Shown here one piece after another: positions 1 through 16,516 of a DNA stretch of 64,000 nt. The stretch lies in the NCBI RefSeq assembly GCF_009914755.1, contig NC_060936.1. One strand, 5' to 3'. A model generated the notes under the pieces. That model ran no database searches. It was not told the DNA's origin and worked only from the letters and a program-made list of their open reading frames with translations. The stretch comes from the human T2T-CHM13v2.0 reference genome, Homo sapiens. A program made the translations under genes and the position numbers. Within the stretch, counting starts at the first letter, position 1. The number at the start of each line of letters is the position of its first letter.

Positions 1-208
1 GAGCTCAGGTGTGTGCACCTGTGGCCAGATCTCCCTGCATCCACAGGAGTGTGTCCCTGTAGACACACCTGCTACAAATGTGAGCTCAACCTCGCCACTG
101 ACCAACCAAACCAGGCAAACACCAGCTCACCCTCGGGACAATGGACAACAGGCCTGAAGGACAAGTTAACAAGGAACAGCGAGCGGGCCTCTCTCAAAAG
201 CTCACGAG

Positions 209-490
209 GGCCAGGCGCCATGGCTTACACCTGTAATCCCAACACTTTGGGAGGCCTCAGCAGGCAGATGACTTGCACCCAGGAATTGGAGACCAGGCTG
301 GACAATATGGCAAGATCCTATCTCTACAAAAATTAGCCGGGCATGGTGGCACCTGCATGTAGTTCCAGCTACTCAGGAGGCTGAGGCAGGAAAATCGCTT
401 GAGCCTCAGAGGTTGAGGCTACAGTGAGCCGTGACCGTGCCACTGCACTCCAGCCTGGGTAACAGAGCAAGATCCTGTCTCAAAAGAAAA
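209..490 (+). mobile_element. Alu (AluJ-like)
   Basis: Alu dimer consensus with A tail. Confidence 0.9.
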
Positions 491-519
491 ACAATTTTTT
501 TTTAAAAAGCTCACAAGGA

Positions 520-1495
<976 letters not shown>

Positions 1496-2582
1496 CTAAC
1501 TAGAACCTGTTACTGCATGAGGCTTTAACTGGGAGCCCTGCTCTTTTTCTGTTAAAAGAAAAAACAAAACAAAAAAGGCTGATGAGTGTGGAAGGCTCTT
1601 CAAGTCCTCTCAACACCAAGAGACCTTCTCCTGCAGGTGATGGCAAGGAGGAAAAGAGCATGGACCCAGAAGCTCACTCTCACCTCCTTGGACCTTCTGA
1701 AGCCATCCCAAGCACCCGCAGGGACAGTGTCCTCCACAATCTGGAAAACGCTGCCTCTCGTGCCTCCTCCGTGGAGGAGGCAGCCACGGAGCCGAACTCT
1801 GGAGGAATCTCAAACAAGCCCTGGCCTGCCCACAGCCCCAGGTGGAGACCGAGGTGGGATGGAACAACTTGCCAGCCCCCGCCCTTGCTTCAGAGGCCGA
1901 GCCTGCATGGACCCACGCACGTGTTTCTTCCAATGTTATTACCAAGCACGCCGAGCGAGATCTTCCCAGCTGTAAGTGGTAATTAATTTGTAGCTTTATG
2001 GCATATCTAGCCAGACATAATTGCCCAGGATTGCCACCGATGATAATTAGTTGGCTCTGTGAGGCAAGTCGGATGCCCTCACGCAACAGGGAGGTTTGAG
2101 ATGAGGGAGTTGTCTGAGTCCAACAGATTTCAAGGCCCAGAAAGGCAAAGGCATGGTACCTTTACTCTTTAGATAACATGCCACAGAAACACAGACATAG
2201 GTGCACCAAACGACACGTGTGCACCACGGTCACGGTCGAAAAACAGGAACTTGGATGCCTAGGAGCAATGGAAGGAGAAGATGGAGGTGGCACCCACGAT
2301 GGAACACCACACAGCAACGGAGAGGAGGGGCTGCTACCACCCACAACGTCACGGACGAATTGCACCAGGGTGCTAAGGGGTGCACGGGCCAGAAAAGGAG
2401 GAAAAGGAGTCTAGCATTATGGGTCCATTCACATGAAGATGCAAACCAGCTGAGCTCCGGGGCTGGATGTCAGGGCGGTGGGAGGACCGCGAGTGGCATC
2501 CAGGGCCTGTCCTGTCTGTTTCTCAGTCAGGGTGCTGGCCACGGGGTGCGTTGACTTTGTGAAGTTTCAAACTGCAGGTGTC

Positions 2583-3190
<608 letters not shown>

Positions 3191-3399
3191 AAACTCTATT
3201 TAAATAAAGATTTTAAAATTCCTTTGCGCTTTTGAAATTCTTTTGGCAGATGTGCTAAGAGAAGGCGGGACACACCTCGTCCCACGCCCTTGGAGGGGAT
3301 GGGCATGTCGTTTCTCCCCCTTCTCCTGGTACCTACACCCCCACTTTAAGCCTTCCCTACTTTCAGCCTTGTGCTTGGAGTGGGGCCGGCCCACCCAGC

Positions 3400-3800
3400 A
3401 GCCAGCTGAGCATGTGACACAAGCCTGGCCAATCAGCATAGTCCACCTCGGCTACTGTGATTGGTTTACAGCTGGGCATGGGAGCCAGGCAGACCAATTA
3501 GAGCAAACCCTGGAACTTCTGCTGGAGTGAAGGAAACACAGGTGGCCCCCTTTCTGCAGGACTCGGAGCTGGGCGGAGGTGAGCCTGGAGCCTCCACAGG
3601 CAGCCAGGAGGGAGAGCCTGCTTGGCAGCAAAGCCAGTCCAGCAGAAAACTGAGCTGGGACTTGGCAGAGGCAGCTTCCAGACAACATCTAAGTTCTGGA
3701 TTTGTGCCTAATGCAGAGATCTGCCCTGGAATTTTTCATTACGCAAACCAAGAAGTGCCCTTTTGGCCTAAATCAGGTGGAGTCCAGCATCTGCCACTTG
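3400..3800 (+). mobile_element. MLT1J/K-like MaLR LTR fragment
   Basis: catgtgacacaagcctggccaatcag...gattggttt...gggcatg...ccaattagagc...ccctggaactt. Confidence 0.5.
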
Positions 3801-4854
3801 CGACAGTTGCTGTAGCACACCTATTGGGTGTGTAACATCCTCAACCTTAGGAGCAGAAATCCCCGCCGATACCAGCAAAGAATGAAGCAAGCAGAGGCCA
3901 ATGCCCAGACGGGCCAGACAGGACCAGGAGACAGCAGCGGGCGTCCCAGGCCCCAGCTCCAAACCATTCATTCACAGGTTGTTCCATTCTGCCTGAAATA
4001 GGAGAAAGCATCCAATCTGTTGACAGCCCCTCCTCCTGACCCCTGTTGCAGACCAGTCCTTTAGAGTCGCCATTGCCAGCTGGAGGACGGGGCTTCAACC
4101 AAAAAGGCTCCCAGAAGGCAAGACACAGTCAAATAGAGGGCCGCTTCCGGTCCTACCAACCCTGTGACCTTGGTCGCATCCAGCATCAGGCCTCAATTTC
4201 CTAAGTACAGAACGCACTCACCATCCCTATATTCAAATACTGTATGAGTACCCATTACATGCGGGGCACAGTTCTAGAAGCTAAGAATAAAACCAACAAG
4301 AGGAGCTTGGGGCCCTGCCTACAGGGATGACAGTGAATGGAAGGGGCAATGAATAAAATCCACAGTCCATGAGTTCAGGGAGCAATGAGCACCAAGACAA
4401 GAAGAGGAAGACAAGAAGACCAAGACAAGAAGACAAGAAGAGGAAGCCATAGGGAGCAGCAGGTGGGAGAGGGGGCAACTTTAGAACAGGAAATCAGAGG
4501 AGGCCTCCCGGAGGAGGTGGCATTTGCATGCAGGCCAAAAGAAGGTGAGGGATGATCCACTCAGAAATCCAGACAAAGAGCTCTCCAAGCAGGGGAAGCA
4601 ACCCATGCAAACCACAGTGCAAGGCACTGACCTTGGTATACTTTAGAAAAAGGGCGAAGGCATCAGGGCTGGAGAATAATGAACAGGGGACGTGTAGGGA
4701 GAAATGGAGTCAGAGAGGCTGGTGGGGCTGGATCCTTCAGAGAGGCCGGTAGGGGCTGGATCCTGCAGGGCCCGGGGCCATGGTGGGAGTTTGGACTTCA
4801 CTATGAATGCAGACAGAGCTGCCAGACATTTTAAGAGGACGGCGGCCATCTGCA

Positions 4855-5155
4855 TATTTTTCGAGATGGGTCTTCCTCTGTTGCCCAGGCTGGAGTGCAG
4901 TGGGGTGATCACAGCTCACTGCAGCCTTGACCTCTGGGCTTAGGCCATCCTTCCACCCCAGCTTTCCACGTAGCTAGGACTACAGGCATGCACCACCATG
5001 CCTAGCTAATTTTTTTTTTTTTTTTTTTTTTTTTGGCCAGAGAGAGGTCTTGCTATATTGCCCAGGCTGGTCTCGAACTCTTGGCCTGAAGTGATCCTCC
5101 CACCTCGGCCTCCTACAGGGTTGTGATTACAGGCGTGAACCACCACACTCGGCCT
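4855..5155 (-). mobile_element. Alu (AluJ-like)
   Basis: Reverse Alu consensus. Confidence 0.88.
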
Positions 5156-5189
5156 GCATTGTTAAAAGATCCCTCCGCTGCTGTCGGGA

Positions 5190-5390
5190 GTGCTACAGAA
5201 CTTCCTATGATGATGGAAATGTTCTCTATCTGTGCTATCCAAGACAGTAGCTGCTAGACACACATGGCTTATGAGCATTTAACTTCCGGCCGGTGCAACC
5301 AAGGAACTGCCTTTTAATTTGATTTCGTTTAAATCAATTTCAATTTAAACAGCCGCAAGAGGCCAGCAGTGACCGCACTGGATGGTCTAG
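5190..5390. mobile_element. MER3-like hAT-Charlie DNA transposon
   Basis: agaacttcctatgatgatggaaatgttctctatctgtgctatcca...ggaactg...ttttaatttg. Confidence 0.65.
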
Positions 5391-5789
5391 GGGATGGATG
5401 GTAAGGCGGCAACACTGCATTGAGGGATGGGCTACTGAAAGGGCTGGATCACCAGGAAGGACGTGTCCGTGGCCTGGACAATGAGGCGGGGGTTGGGGTG
5501 GGGAGCAAGAGAGAGGAAGGAGTGAGGACTCAACCTGGAGGTAAAGCCATCTGGGCTTGTTGACGCACTGGAAGAGCTGGGTGAGGACAGGGAATCAAAC
5601 TGACGCCCGAGGGTCCAAACTGAGCAACTTGAGGTGGGGGTGTCTCAGGGACTGGCACACAATTGAGACACACCAACAATGTCAGGGGACCGACGCCAAC
5701 AGCAGTCATCACATCTGCCTAGCCACCCACACTGCGGAACGAGAAGATGTTACGTAACACACAGACCCTCGCCAGCCTCATTTCATGTC

Positions 5790-6875
<1,086 letters not shown>

Positions 6876-7045
6876 GGCATTTCTTCCTTTTCAGATTATC
6901 TTCCTGCGGCCTCATTATCTTCGCCTAATGGGATTATCAAGAGTACAGAGGCCAGAGATTAAGCAGACAGCACTGGGCAGATAAACCCTCAGCTGGCCCC
7001 ACCCTCACACCCTCCCGCCATCCCAGCACAGGGGACGGCACGTAC

Positions 7046-7212
7046 TGAACCTGCAGGTGCTGACGTTCTGAATTCCAGACTCCAGGCACGGGCAGAAGCC
7101 TTCGTTGGGTGGGTAGATGGACCCGTTGGCAAACAGGGTTTTGGGAGCCACGAAGCGATAGGTGGGGATGCCTTCAAACACCCCTGACTCCTTGTACATT
7201 AGCTTCATGGAT
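7046..7212 (-). CDS. SCARB1: SCARB1 exon 7 (167 nt)
   Basis: Acceptor tcccctgcag|A; SMKLMYKESGVFEGIPTYRFVAPKTLFANGSIYPPNEGFCPCLESGIQNVSTCRF(S); donor TCA|GTACGT. Confidence 0.98.
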
Positions 7213-7424
7213 CTGCAGGGGACAGACAGGATGAGAGGGGACACCCAGACCCGGCGGCCAGAGCCAGGCCCTGCCAAAGGCTGCCCAGATCCAGCCACTT
7301 CTCCCCACGGGCGCTACCACCTCCCGGGTCCAAACCGCCCCCATCTCTCACCCGCGGAGCTGCAGCGACCTCCTAACAGGCCTCTCCGCTCCGACTCTGC
7401 CTCCCCACCCACATCAATGTATTA

Positions 7425-7598
<174 letters not shown>

Positions 7599-7984
7599 TT
7601 ATGAAATTAAAAAAAGAACAGAATATATCATGCCCCTGCTGAAAATCTGTGACCCTTTCTAGTCTAACCTACCATTAGGATTCATTGACCTTATCTAGCC
7701 CCTGCATAAGCTCTGCTCAGCCCTGCCCCAACTTCCTGTGCCCAGGGCCTCCCTGCAGTTCCTAAGCACACTCACTCCTGCCCCAGGCCCTTTGCATCAC
7801 TGCTCCCTCTGCCTAAGAACAGTCTCCTCTGGCATCTTCATCCACCAGACTTCAGCCCTTCAGTCAGATCTCAGTTCAGCTGTCACTTCCTCGGGTGGCA
7901 GCACCGTCCCCCACACCCACCCCATCCACCCTCCATCCATTCATGCTCCTGTACTTTCTCAAAAGCACTTCTGAACTTGAACAT

Positions 7985-8300
7985 GCACTGTGCTACCCAC
8001 TCTGTCCACGGCAGCCACTCAGCACGCATGGCTGTCCATCCCGCCCTTGACATGGGGTGAGTCCAAATTGGGATGCAAGTATAAAATACATTCCAGATTT
8101 CTAATACTTGCTAGCAAAAAAAACAAAAAAAAAACCTCATCAATAACACTTGAAATGATCCCATTTTTGATATATGAGGTCAAATAAAATACATTATTAA
8201 AAATAATTTCACCAATTTCTTGTTACTTGTATTAATGCAGCCACTAAAAAATTTTAAATTGCATGTGTGCCTTGCATATTTTGATTTATAGGAAAGTGCC
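7985..8300. mobile_element. MER33-like DNA transposon
   Basis: aaataaaatacattattaaaataatttcacc...gcagccactaaaaaattttaaattgcatgtgtg. Confidence 0.6.
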
Positions 8301-8309
8301 AGCTTAGAT

Positions 8310-8730
8310 AACAGTATTATGTCAATGCCAAATTTTCTCATTTTGATAACAGCATTACGGTTATGTAAGAAAATGTCCTCGTTTCTGAAAAACACCCACT
8401 GAGTATTTGGAGGTAAGGGGGCATGCAGCCTCCAACCTACTCTCCGATGGTTCTGGAAAAAGACACTCGGCGAGAAGAGGGGGTGGGGGGCTTAACACGG
8501 CTAGTGAACCTGGGTGAAGGGGAGACGGGGGCCACTTGTATTTCTCATGCAACTTTTCTTTAAGTTTAAAATTCAGCTTTTAAAGTCAGCTGGGTACAGT
8601 AGCTCACACCTGCAATCCCAGCACTTTGGGAGGCTGAAGCAGGAAGATCCCTTGAGGCTAGGAGTTCAAGACTAGCCTGGGCAACATAGCGAGATCCCCA
8701 TCTCTAAAAAATTAAATAAATAAATAAGTA
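8310..8730 (+). mobile_element. L1MC-like 3' fragment followed by FLAM (8588-8730)
   Basis: ggttatgtaagaaaatgtcctcgtt...actgagtatttggaggtaagg; then an Alu monomer. Confidence 0.6.
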
Positions 8731-9458
8731 AAAACTTAAAATAGTAAAAAGTGGCCACACAGAGCAAAAGCACTGTCACTCTCTGACACTCTAGTGTTTG
8801 TGCATTTGCCTGAGTTGCCCTGATAGGACACAGCCTCCTGGGGAACGGAGACTTGGCCCACCCTCTCACTACCGGGCACCTGGCACACAGTAGGGCTTCA
8901 CAGGGTTTGCTGGGAGGGCAGATAAGTCAAGGTCCACATGAGTGAATTCCTAAGTAAAGGACTTTTCCAGAGTGACCAGAATGGAACACGACACAGCAAG
9001 GCCTCCAGAAAAGGGCTGTAGGAGCCACCCACTGTCTACTCTTACCCCACAACTGGGACCATGGGACACAGAGCTGAGCCTGAAGGGGCCAAGCAGAGCC
9101 AGCTGATGTCTCAGCACCCAGATGGTCATGGGGGCCACCAGCCAGACGCCAGAGGGAGCCCACCTCTCGCCTCCATTTTATGGCCCCCTGTGACTTGACA
9201 TGTCCTGCCCCCTCCTCCCAGCCCAGCACCACCTGGCTGCAAACCACCACCAGCAGCCTCTCTTTGGGCTGTGTAGAGGCATTGGCAGCTGGAGTTTGGC
9301 TTTTGGTGGTGTGACCAAAGAGAATTCAAGCTGGTGCCAAGGGCTACTGAGTCAAATCCACGATGAGTCAAAATGCTTTCCAAGTGCACAGCCAACACCA
9401 CAGAATTTGGCCATGAGCTACCCAGGAAACCCAGGAGGCCCCGAGTCCCAGTGATTAC

Positions 9459-9574
9459 CGGCAGGCCTCCGGGCTGTAGAACTCCAGCGAGGACTCAGGA
9501 GTCATGAAGGGCGGCCACATTTGCCCAGAAGTTCCATTGATCATGTTGCACTGATCGGAATGCCAGAAGTCAAC
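9459..9574 (-). CDS. SCARB1: SCARB1 exon 6 (116 nt)
   Basis: Acceptor cttccccccag|GTT; VDFWHSDQCNMINGTSGQMWPPFMTPESSLEFYSPEAC(R); donor CCG|GTAATC. Confidence 0.97.
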
Positions 9575-10564
9575 CTGGGGGGAAGCATCCAGACTAGACC
9601 CCTCAGTAGGGCCAAGGCCCCTTAATAAGCCCTCTCAGGTGCTGCACACCTAACTCACCCTGGTGCACGCACGGCCACTCAATTCCCAATACTGGCACGG
9701 TGGGAAGAGGGCAGGCTATGTAGACACACAGAGAGAATGCCTACCACAGCTTCCCCCTCCCAGACCCCTGAATGTGTAACTTCGCTAGGGACTCAGTTCT
9801 TTCATCTGCAAAATAGGCCTATCACCCACATTTCCAGCCTGAATCTGGAAAAGAAGTGTGGTGAGCAGGTGAGGTGAGAGGTGGGGCGCGGCTGTGCTCA
9901 GCCCTCAGAGCGGAAGTCAACAGGCACCTCCTGAAAACAATCGGCACACAGGCAAACTACTTAAAATCATAATGGTGGCCACCACCGGGCAACCCCAAAA
10001 CAGAACCTGTCAGGTTAACTGACTCTGGGGAGCGAGACCCAGACTCGACAAAACCAACTGCTCACTTTCCAATCTTCTGTATGATGAGGATGTTTAAAAT
10101 CACGTGCACATGTACAGTATACTGGAATATACAAGCCACAATGAATGTGAACTCCATCTATCGTGAATGGCTACTGCCAGTTGCAGATGGTGATTTTTGC
10201 CACTCTGGGCACCGGTTGGGGTACGATTTGTCCCTAGCCCTCAGGGTCTTTGCAGTAACTACCACGGGGAGTGGGGAGTGGGAAGTCACACAGTCATTTT
10301 CACACATATTGAGAAAAGGTCACGAAGGTGAAAAAAGCCAGTTGCAAAACAATGCACGTAGTATGATTTCATGATGTTCAAAGAAGAAACAATTCCGTAT
10401 TTCTCTGCGTACACACAGGTGTGCACATGGGTAAAAATGGATGGGAAGAATATATCCCAAACTGATAACTGTGGGTTTCCTCTGGGGCAAGGGGTAGGGG
10501 TGGGAGGTGATACTAAGGGCACTTATCTCCCTCTCTTGTTTTATTTTGTAATGTGAATCTCTTC

Positions 10565-10858
10565 TCTTTTTTTTGGAGACCGAGTTTCACTCTTCTCACC
10601 CAGGCTGAAGTGAAATTGCGTGATCTCAGCTCACTGCAACCTTCACCTCCTGTGTTCAAGCGATTCTCCTGCCTCAGCTCATGAGTAGCTGGGATTACAG
10701 GCATGCAACACCACACCCAGCTAATTTTTTGTATTTTAGTAGAGACAGGGTTTTGCCATGTTGGCCTGGCTGGTCTCGAACTCCTGACCTCAGGTGATCC
10801 CCCCCACCTCGGCCTCCCGAAGTGCTGGGATTACAGGCATGAACTACCACGCCCGGCC
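10565..10858 (-). mobile_element. Alu (AluS-like), intron 5
   Basis: Reverse Alu consensus. Confidence 0.9.
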
Positions 10859-11154
10859 TTCAAAACATTTTTGTAAGTAAAGAATCGAAAGGAAGAAAGC
10901 ACTCAGTTCCCAGCAGATGCCAGGTGCTCAGTAAGCTCAGTAAGCAATCACTAACCCCACCTGCCCCTCTGGGTGGTCAAGCTTTAACCAGAGGTAAAAT
11001 CCCTCCTCCAACTTCAAGAGTGTTCATCCTCCCAGCACCCTCTTCACGACAAAGGAAGAAGGAGCTCTCTGGTCCCTGCCACTCCCGAGCAGCCATGGCC
11101 GGGCCCACCCTCCCCTCTCCCTGGCGACAGGGGCCCTCGCCTCTCGCCCCTCAC

Positions 11155-11250
11155 CTTGCTCAGCCCGTTCCACTTGTCCACGAGGTGGATCCTGCTGATG
11201 TTCTGGACCCCCGTGAACACCGTGAAGAGCCCAGAGTCGGAGTTGTTGAG
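11155..11250 (-). CDS. SCARB1: SCARB1 exon 5 (96 nt)
   Basis: Acceptor gtgtctgtag|CTC; LNNSDSGLFTVFTGVQNISRIHLVDKWNGLSK; donor AAG|GTGAGG. Confidence 0.97.
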
Positions 11251-12369
11251 CTACAGACACAGCAGGGAACAGCATCGTAAGGCTTAGGCCTGCCATTGAG
11301 CCGGCCTGGTCTGAACATTCTGGGCTGAGCCCTCCTCCCCCTCCACCAGAAGGACAGGGCCCCCAGCATCTGGTTCACTGCCAAATGCCCAGTGTCTGGG
11401 GACCGAGAGGAGGCTTGGGAGCTTTCTAGGAGGAATGGTCCCGGGTTCTGTGGCTGCAGTGTTCCACCCTCCCTTCCTAACTCCAGGAGAGTCTGGCTTT
11501 CCTCCCAGGTAAATGGCAGATCACCCCCACCACACCCTACTCCAGCATAAAATAAAGCATGGCCAGGTCAGCTCCCTGAGCAATGAAAAAGGAGAAGTGG
11601 CATGTCACTTGGGGGGATGCTTTAAGGACTGTGCACACGCCTTTCACCGGGCTCTCTGCCGCTGCTATAGCAGCCAAGGAGGTATGTGTCAAGACAGAGC
11701 CTCCCTCAGCCTGGATCCCCAAGTGACCACCACAAGCGCGGGTGCCCCAGTCACCCACACTGGACGTGGAGTGCAAGCAAAGGAATAAGTCTTGGTTGTT
11801 CTAAGCCATGGAGATTCCGGGGCTGCTTGTCACAGCAGCAAAACCTGGCCTGTCCTAACCCATCGAGGTTCTTGATAGTGGGGCCCAGGCTTTGGTGCTC
11901 CGAGAGCATTTCCCAGAAGCTGGTTTCTAATCCCAAAGACATGCAAAGCACAAAGTGGTATGAGTGACTGAAGGAAATATCTAGAAGTGCTTTGCAGGGT
12001 GGAGCACACTGAGGAGCTCCAAGGTTGCCCGGCTGAGTGACTGCACCCATCACAGACCTCCAGAGCAGGACCCAGCACAAGGCCCCAGCCCAGCATCCCG
12101 GGTGTGTCTGTCACGTGCCCATGTGGAGCCAAGAATAACCAGAGCCACTACAAAGGGGAGCACTAAAGGGACTCATGTGCAAAAACGGCCAGGTACAGTG
12201 CACCGGACACAGTAAGAGCTCAAAATGATAGTCTTTATTTTCATTATTATTGTTATTATTAATAAATGCTCACCCAATAGGATCCTTAAATGATCATTAT
12301 AATGGACGGAGAGCATCAGAAACTGCCAGTTACTACCCAAAGCCCAATCTCTCCTTACTCTTTCATACA

Positions 12370-12810
12370 AGACCCAAACCATACTCAGAGCATCAGCACA
12401 CCCAGCTAAAAGGCTACCTTTCCAGCTTCCCCTGGAGCTAGGTGTGGCCATGTGACTCAGTTCTGGCCAATAGAAAGGAAGTGGACATTGGTTTTCTTCC
12501 TCCCTAAGAGGGAGGAAACTGGAACACGCTGTTTTACCCCCAGTTCCTCCATCTGCTCCCCAAAGCCCCACCATTTTTTCCTTCTTGCTGTGCTGCCTGG
12601 AATGTGATGTGATTGCTGACACTCTAGCAGCCAACTTGGACAATGAGGTTATCTTGAGGATGAAAACCACATGCCAAGGATGGCAGAGCACAGTAGTAGA
12701 AGGCTTCCAGATCACTTAAGACCATGAAGCCACCACACCAACACTGAACAGCCTACCGCTAGACTTTTCTTGTGAGGTTTTCATTATATGCAGTCAAACG
12801 TAGATTATAC
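12370..12810 (+). mobile_element. MLT1J-like LTR fragment, intron 4
   Basis: gctaggtgtggccatgtgactcagttctggccaatag...gcctggaatgtgatgtgat...aaggatggcagagca. Confidence 0.55.
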
Positions 12811-13486
12811 TAAACTAGGGACTTTGTAATAACTTTCATTTGCAAAGCACTTCAGGATTTACAAGATGCCTTTACAGCATCATGCCACTTAGCCCAAACT
12901 TGCTCATTTACCCACACGACAGGAGCCCGTCACCCTTGACAAAAACGTACTGAGTATCTATCACACGCAGCACCACGATATCCCCCCCAGCACTCTACCC
13001 TGATCAGCAGAGACCAAAGAGATGGCTGAGGCTGGAGCAGTCCCAAGGACTCAGTGAAACCTGCGGTGAGGGAGCCAAGGTCAGGGTCAGACCCTCCATG
13101 GACGAGATGTTGGCTCCGAAGCCCAGTCAGTGACCCTACCAGGTTGCCAAGAGTCAAGATTAAGAGTCAGCTTGTGATATTACTCCCCAGCAGCCATGCC
13201 CCCTTCCTCCAGCAAAGCCTCCAATTTGCTAAGCTAAGGCCCAGTCACATCATTTGAGCCTGGATCAAGCTGTACCTGAATCCAACCCTAGCATTTTCAG
13301 TTCTATGAGCCCCAACATTCCCCATTTCACTCAAGCCGGTTTGAGTCAGGTTCTCAGTCACTTACAACCCACAGCCACTAGATCCCCAGCCAGCTACAAA
13401 GCAAGCTGGTGACCAGTGTCCAGGCTGTGTGAGGGGAAGACAGGACACAGGCCTGAATCTTTGGCTTCTCACCAGGCCACACGTAC

Positions 13487-13690
13487 CTCAGCAAATAATC
13501 CGAACTTGTCCTTGAAGGGGAACATGCCTGGAAAGTACTTGTTGATGAGATTCACAAGGGGGTCCTTGTAGCCCCACATGATCTCACCCACAGTGCGGTT
13601 CATGAAGGCACGTTCGCCGAGGGTGGTGAATGCCAAGGTCATGATGAGCTTCAGGGTCATGGGCTTATTCTCCATCATCACCGCCGCACC
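13487..13690 (-). CDS. SCARB1: SCARB1 exon 4 (204 nt)
   Basis: Acceptor ccttgcag|GGT; GAAVMMENKPMTLKLIMTLAFTTLGERAFMNRTVGEIMWGYKDPLVNLINKYFPGMFPFKDKFGLFAE; donor GAG|GTACGT. Confidence 0.98.
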
Positions 13691-14257
13691 CTGCAAGGCG
13701 AAGGGACACTAGTGTCAGAGGCTGGACGTGGCTGGCCCATCCTCCCTTGGCCCCAGCTGGGCCTCACAGCAAAGAGCCCATGAAGGGAAATGCTGGGGTG
13801 CAGGAGGCCCCTGGAGTGGCCACGTGGGGCATCTGGGACACCAGAACCACCCTCTGCTCCTCCAGTGCCAAGGCCACATGTGCTCCCGAGAACCCCTTCT
13901 CCCCCTTGCACCCCACTGGACTCAGGCTAAGTGAACTCCAGCCCCAGTCCCAGAGGCGGGCCTGTGGCTCAGCCCTCAACAAGACAGCCCCTTTTGGAGA
14001 TCTCAGAAATGTAAATTGAAAAGGGAAAAAAAAGTACTTTGGCCAGGACTTCCAAACCAAGACAGGTGGACCCACCTGGGAAACTCAGAACCCACTGGGG
14101 GTGGTGGGGACAGCACAGGGCCGAAAGCCACCCACCAGGCGTGAGTCCCCACGCTCCGACCACCTCAGGGACTGCTCTCTGCACAAGGGGCAGGCGGGAG
14201 GAGAGACAGGGGACGAGGTCAGGGTGCGAGGCGGCGTGGGCCACAGGGCAGCCTCAC

Positions 14258-14399
14258 CAAGACCAGGATGTTGGGCATGACGATGTAGTCGCTCTCCGAG
14301 CCGTGGGACTTGGAGGGCTGGAACTGGAAGGTGCGGTACTCGAGGAAGGACACGGTGTCGTTGTTGTTGAAGGTGATGTTGCTTTTGTGCCTGAACTCC
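14258..14399 (-). CDS. SCARB1: SCARB1 exon 3 (142 nt)
   Basis: Acceptor ttcccccacag|G; EFRHKSNITFNNNDTVSFLEYRTFQFQPSKSHGSESDYIVMPNILVL; donor TTG|GTGAGG. Read manually; this frame is not in the ORF track. Confidence 0.97.
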
Positions 14400-14774
14400 C
14401 TGTGGGGGAAGCCAGTGGGTCAGACGCCCCGCCCCGCTGCATGGGACGTTTCCCTTCTACTCGCCTGCAATGCCTGCCTGGGAACCAGGGGCCCTGGACG
14501 TCTGTGCACACCTCCGGCCCCACAGCCAAAGCTGAGCTCGGCCCCTTCGCCAAGTCTGTCCCTCCCGCCGCCTGCCCACTGCAGGACATGGTGTCGCCGC
14601 CCACCCGGCCTCGTTCTGCTCTCCCCCACCCAACACGGCCATCGTCTCTCCATCTACAAAAGGAAGTAATCACAAGCCCTACTTCACAGGGCAGCTGTGG
14701 GGATTAAGCAATCAGATACCCGGAAAGCAATCAACACAGCCGCCGGGTGCAGAGAAAGCACGAGGTAAACATCA

Positions 14775-15211
<437 letters not shown>

Positions 15212-16304
15212 TTAAAATCAGGCTCCTAACGTGACCTCTGAGGCCCTCAGCAAGGCTCAGGCCTCGTCTCTCCACTGTCTCCCTCCCTCATAACCCCAGC
15301 CGCACAGGCCTCTGTCCCAGCCTTCAGACCTTTGCACATGCTCTGCCCGGGACTCTGTCTCCCCAGGGCCTCTTCCCACCATGCGGGTCCAGTGAGTGTC
15401 CCTTTGCAGAGGTGCTCCCGACCCTCCAGTCAGACCGAGCCCCAAGGCCACCCTCCCTCCTGCACTCCGGCTTCACACTGTTTTGTCTGCACAATACTGA
15501 TGGCTGCCTGATTTCCCCTTATTTGTCCACTTCTTTACTCTCTCCCCATCAGAACATCAGCTTGGTGAGGCAGGGCCTTGGTCTGCCTGCGCCCCCAGCA
15601 CACAGGAGGTGCTCAGTCAGTGCTCACAGAATGAAGGAGTATAGAGAGCTTTGGCATTTTTGCCCATTCTGTCCACTGCTGGGTCCCCTGTACTTAGAAC
15701 GGCAGCCAACACCTAGCAGGTGCTCAGTAAACATTTGTTAAATGAACGAGCGAATGAGTGAATGAGTGAACGGAATGCAGCAGCTGATTCATGTTTCCCA
15801 TTCCCAAACCTCAGGCACATTTGCTGGGTTTTCATCTTGGCTTTCCCAGAACCAGACTGTGGGTCTCCAACAGCGGGAACACCCTCTGCCCGCCCCATCC
15901 CTGGAACACCGTGTGCCGGGGGCAAGTCAGCTCCCCTGTCTGTGAACTGGGAAGTGGGGGTGTGGAGGAGGGGAGGTGCTGTGAAAACGCCAGGAGGTAA
16001 GGGAGTTGTAACAGGCACATCCGCCAGCCGTCTCAGAGCTCCGAGTGCATCCTGAGTGTCCCGGTGACCCCATGAAGGGGCTCTTGTGTCTCTCCAGTCT
16101 GCAGACGGGCAAACTGAGGCTCAGAGGAATGAAGTCACTTCCCCTAGGCCACAGCCAGGTACAGGACAAGCAGAAAGCAAAGGCACAACTCTGTGGTCCT
16201 TGGGCCAGCATGTTCCACAAACAGCTGACCCCTTCCCGTGCTGACCCACCCGGTCCTCTGGCCCAGATAGGGTCTGGGGGGTCGGTCCCTGCTCCTGGTC
16301 ATGC

Positions 16305-16447
16305 ATGTGTGTGTGTGTGTGTGTGTGTATGTGTGTATGCATGTGTAGGTACATGTGTGTGTATGTATGTGTGTGTGTATGTGTATGTACGTGTGTATGT
16401 ATGTATGTGTGTATGTGTATGTGTATGTGTGTGTATGTATGTGTGTA
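16305..16447. repeat. Compound (TG)n/(TGTA)n microsatellite
   Basis: Directly visible alternating purine-pyrimidine tract. Confidence 0.95.
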
Positions 16448-16516
16448 ACTCACACATGCACCCTCCACCCAGACGCACACCATTGGTCCCTCCCTGCTCC
16501 ATAAAGAACCTCTCTA

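Noticed and set aside
14039-14707. 222-aa plus-strand ORF over exon 3
   Set aside because: Antisense shadow of a GC-rich coding exon, non-ATG start, no recognisable protein.
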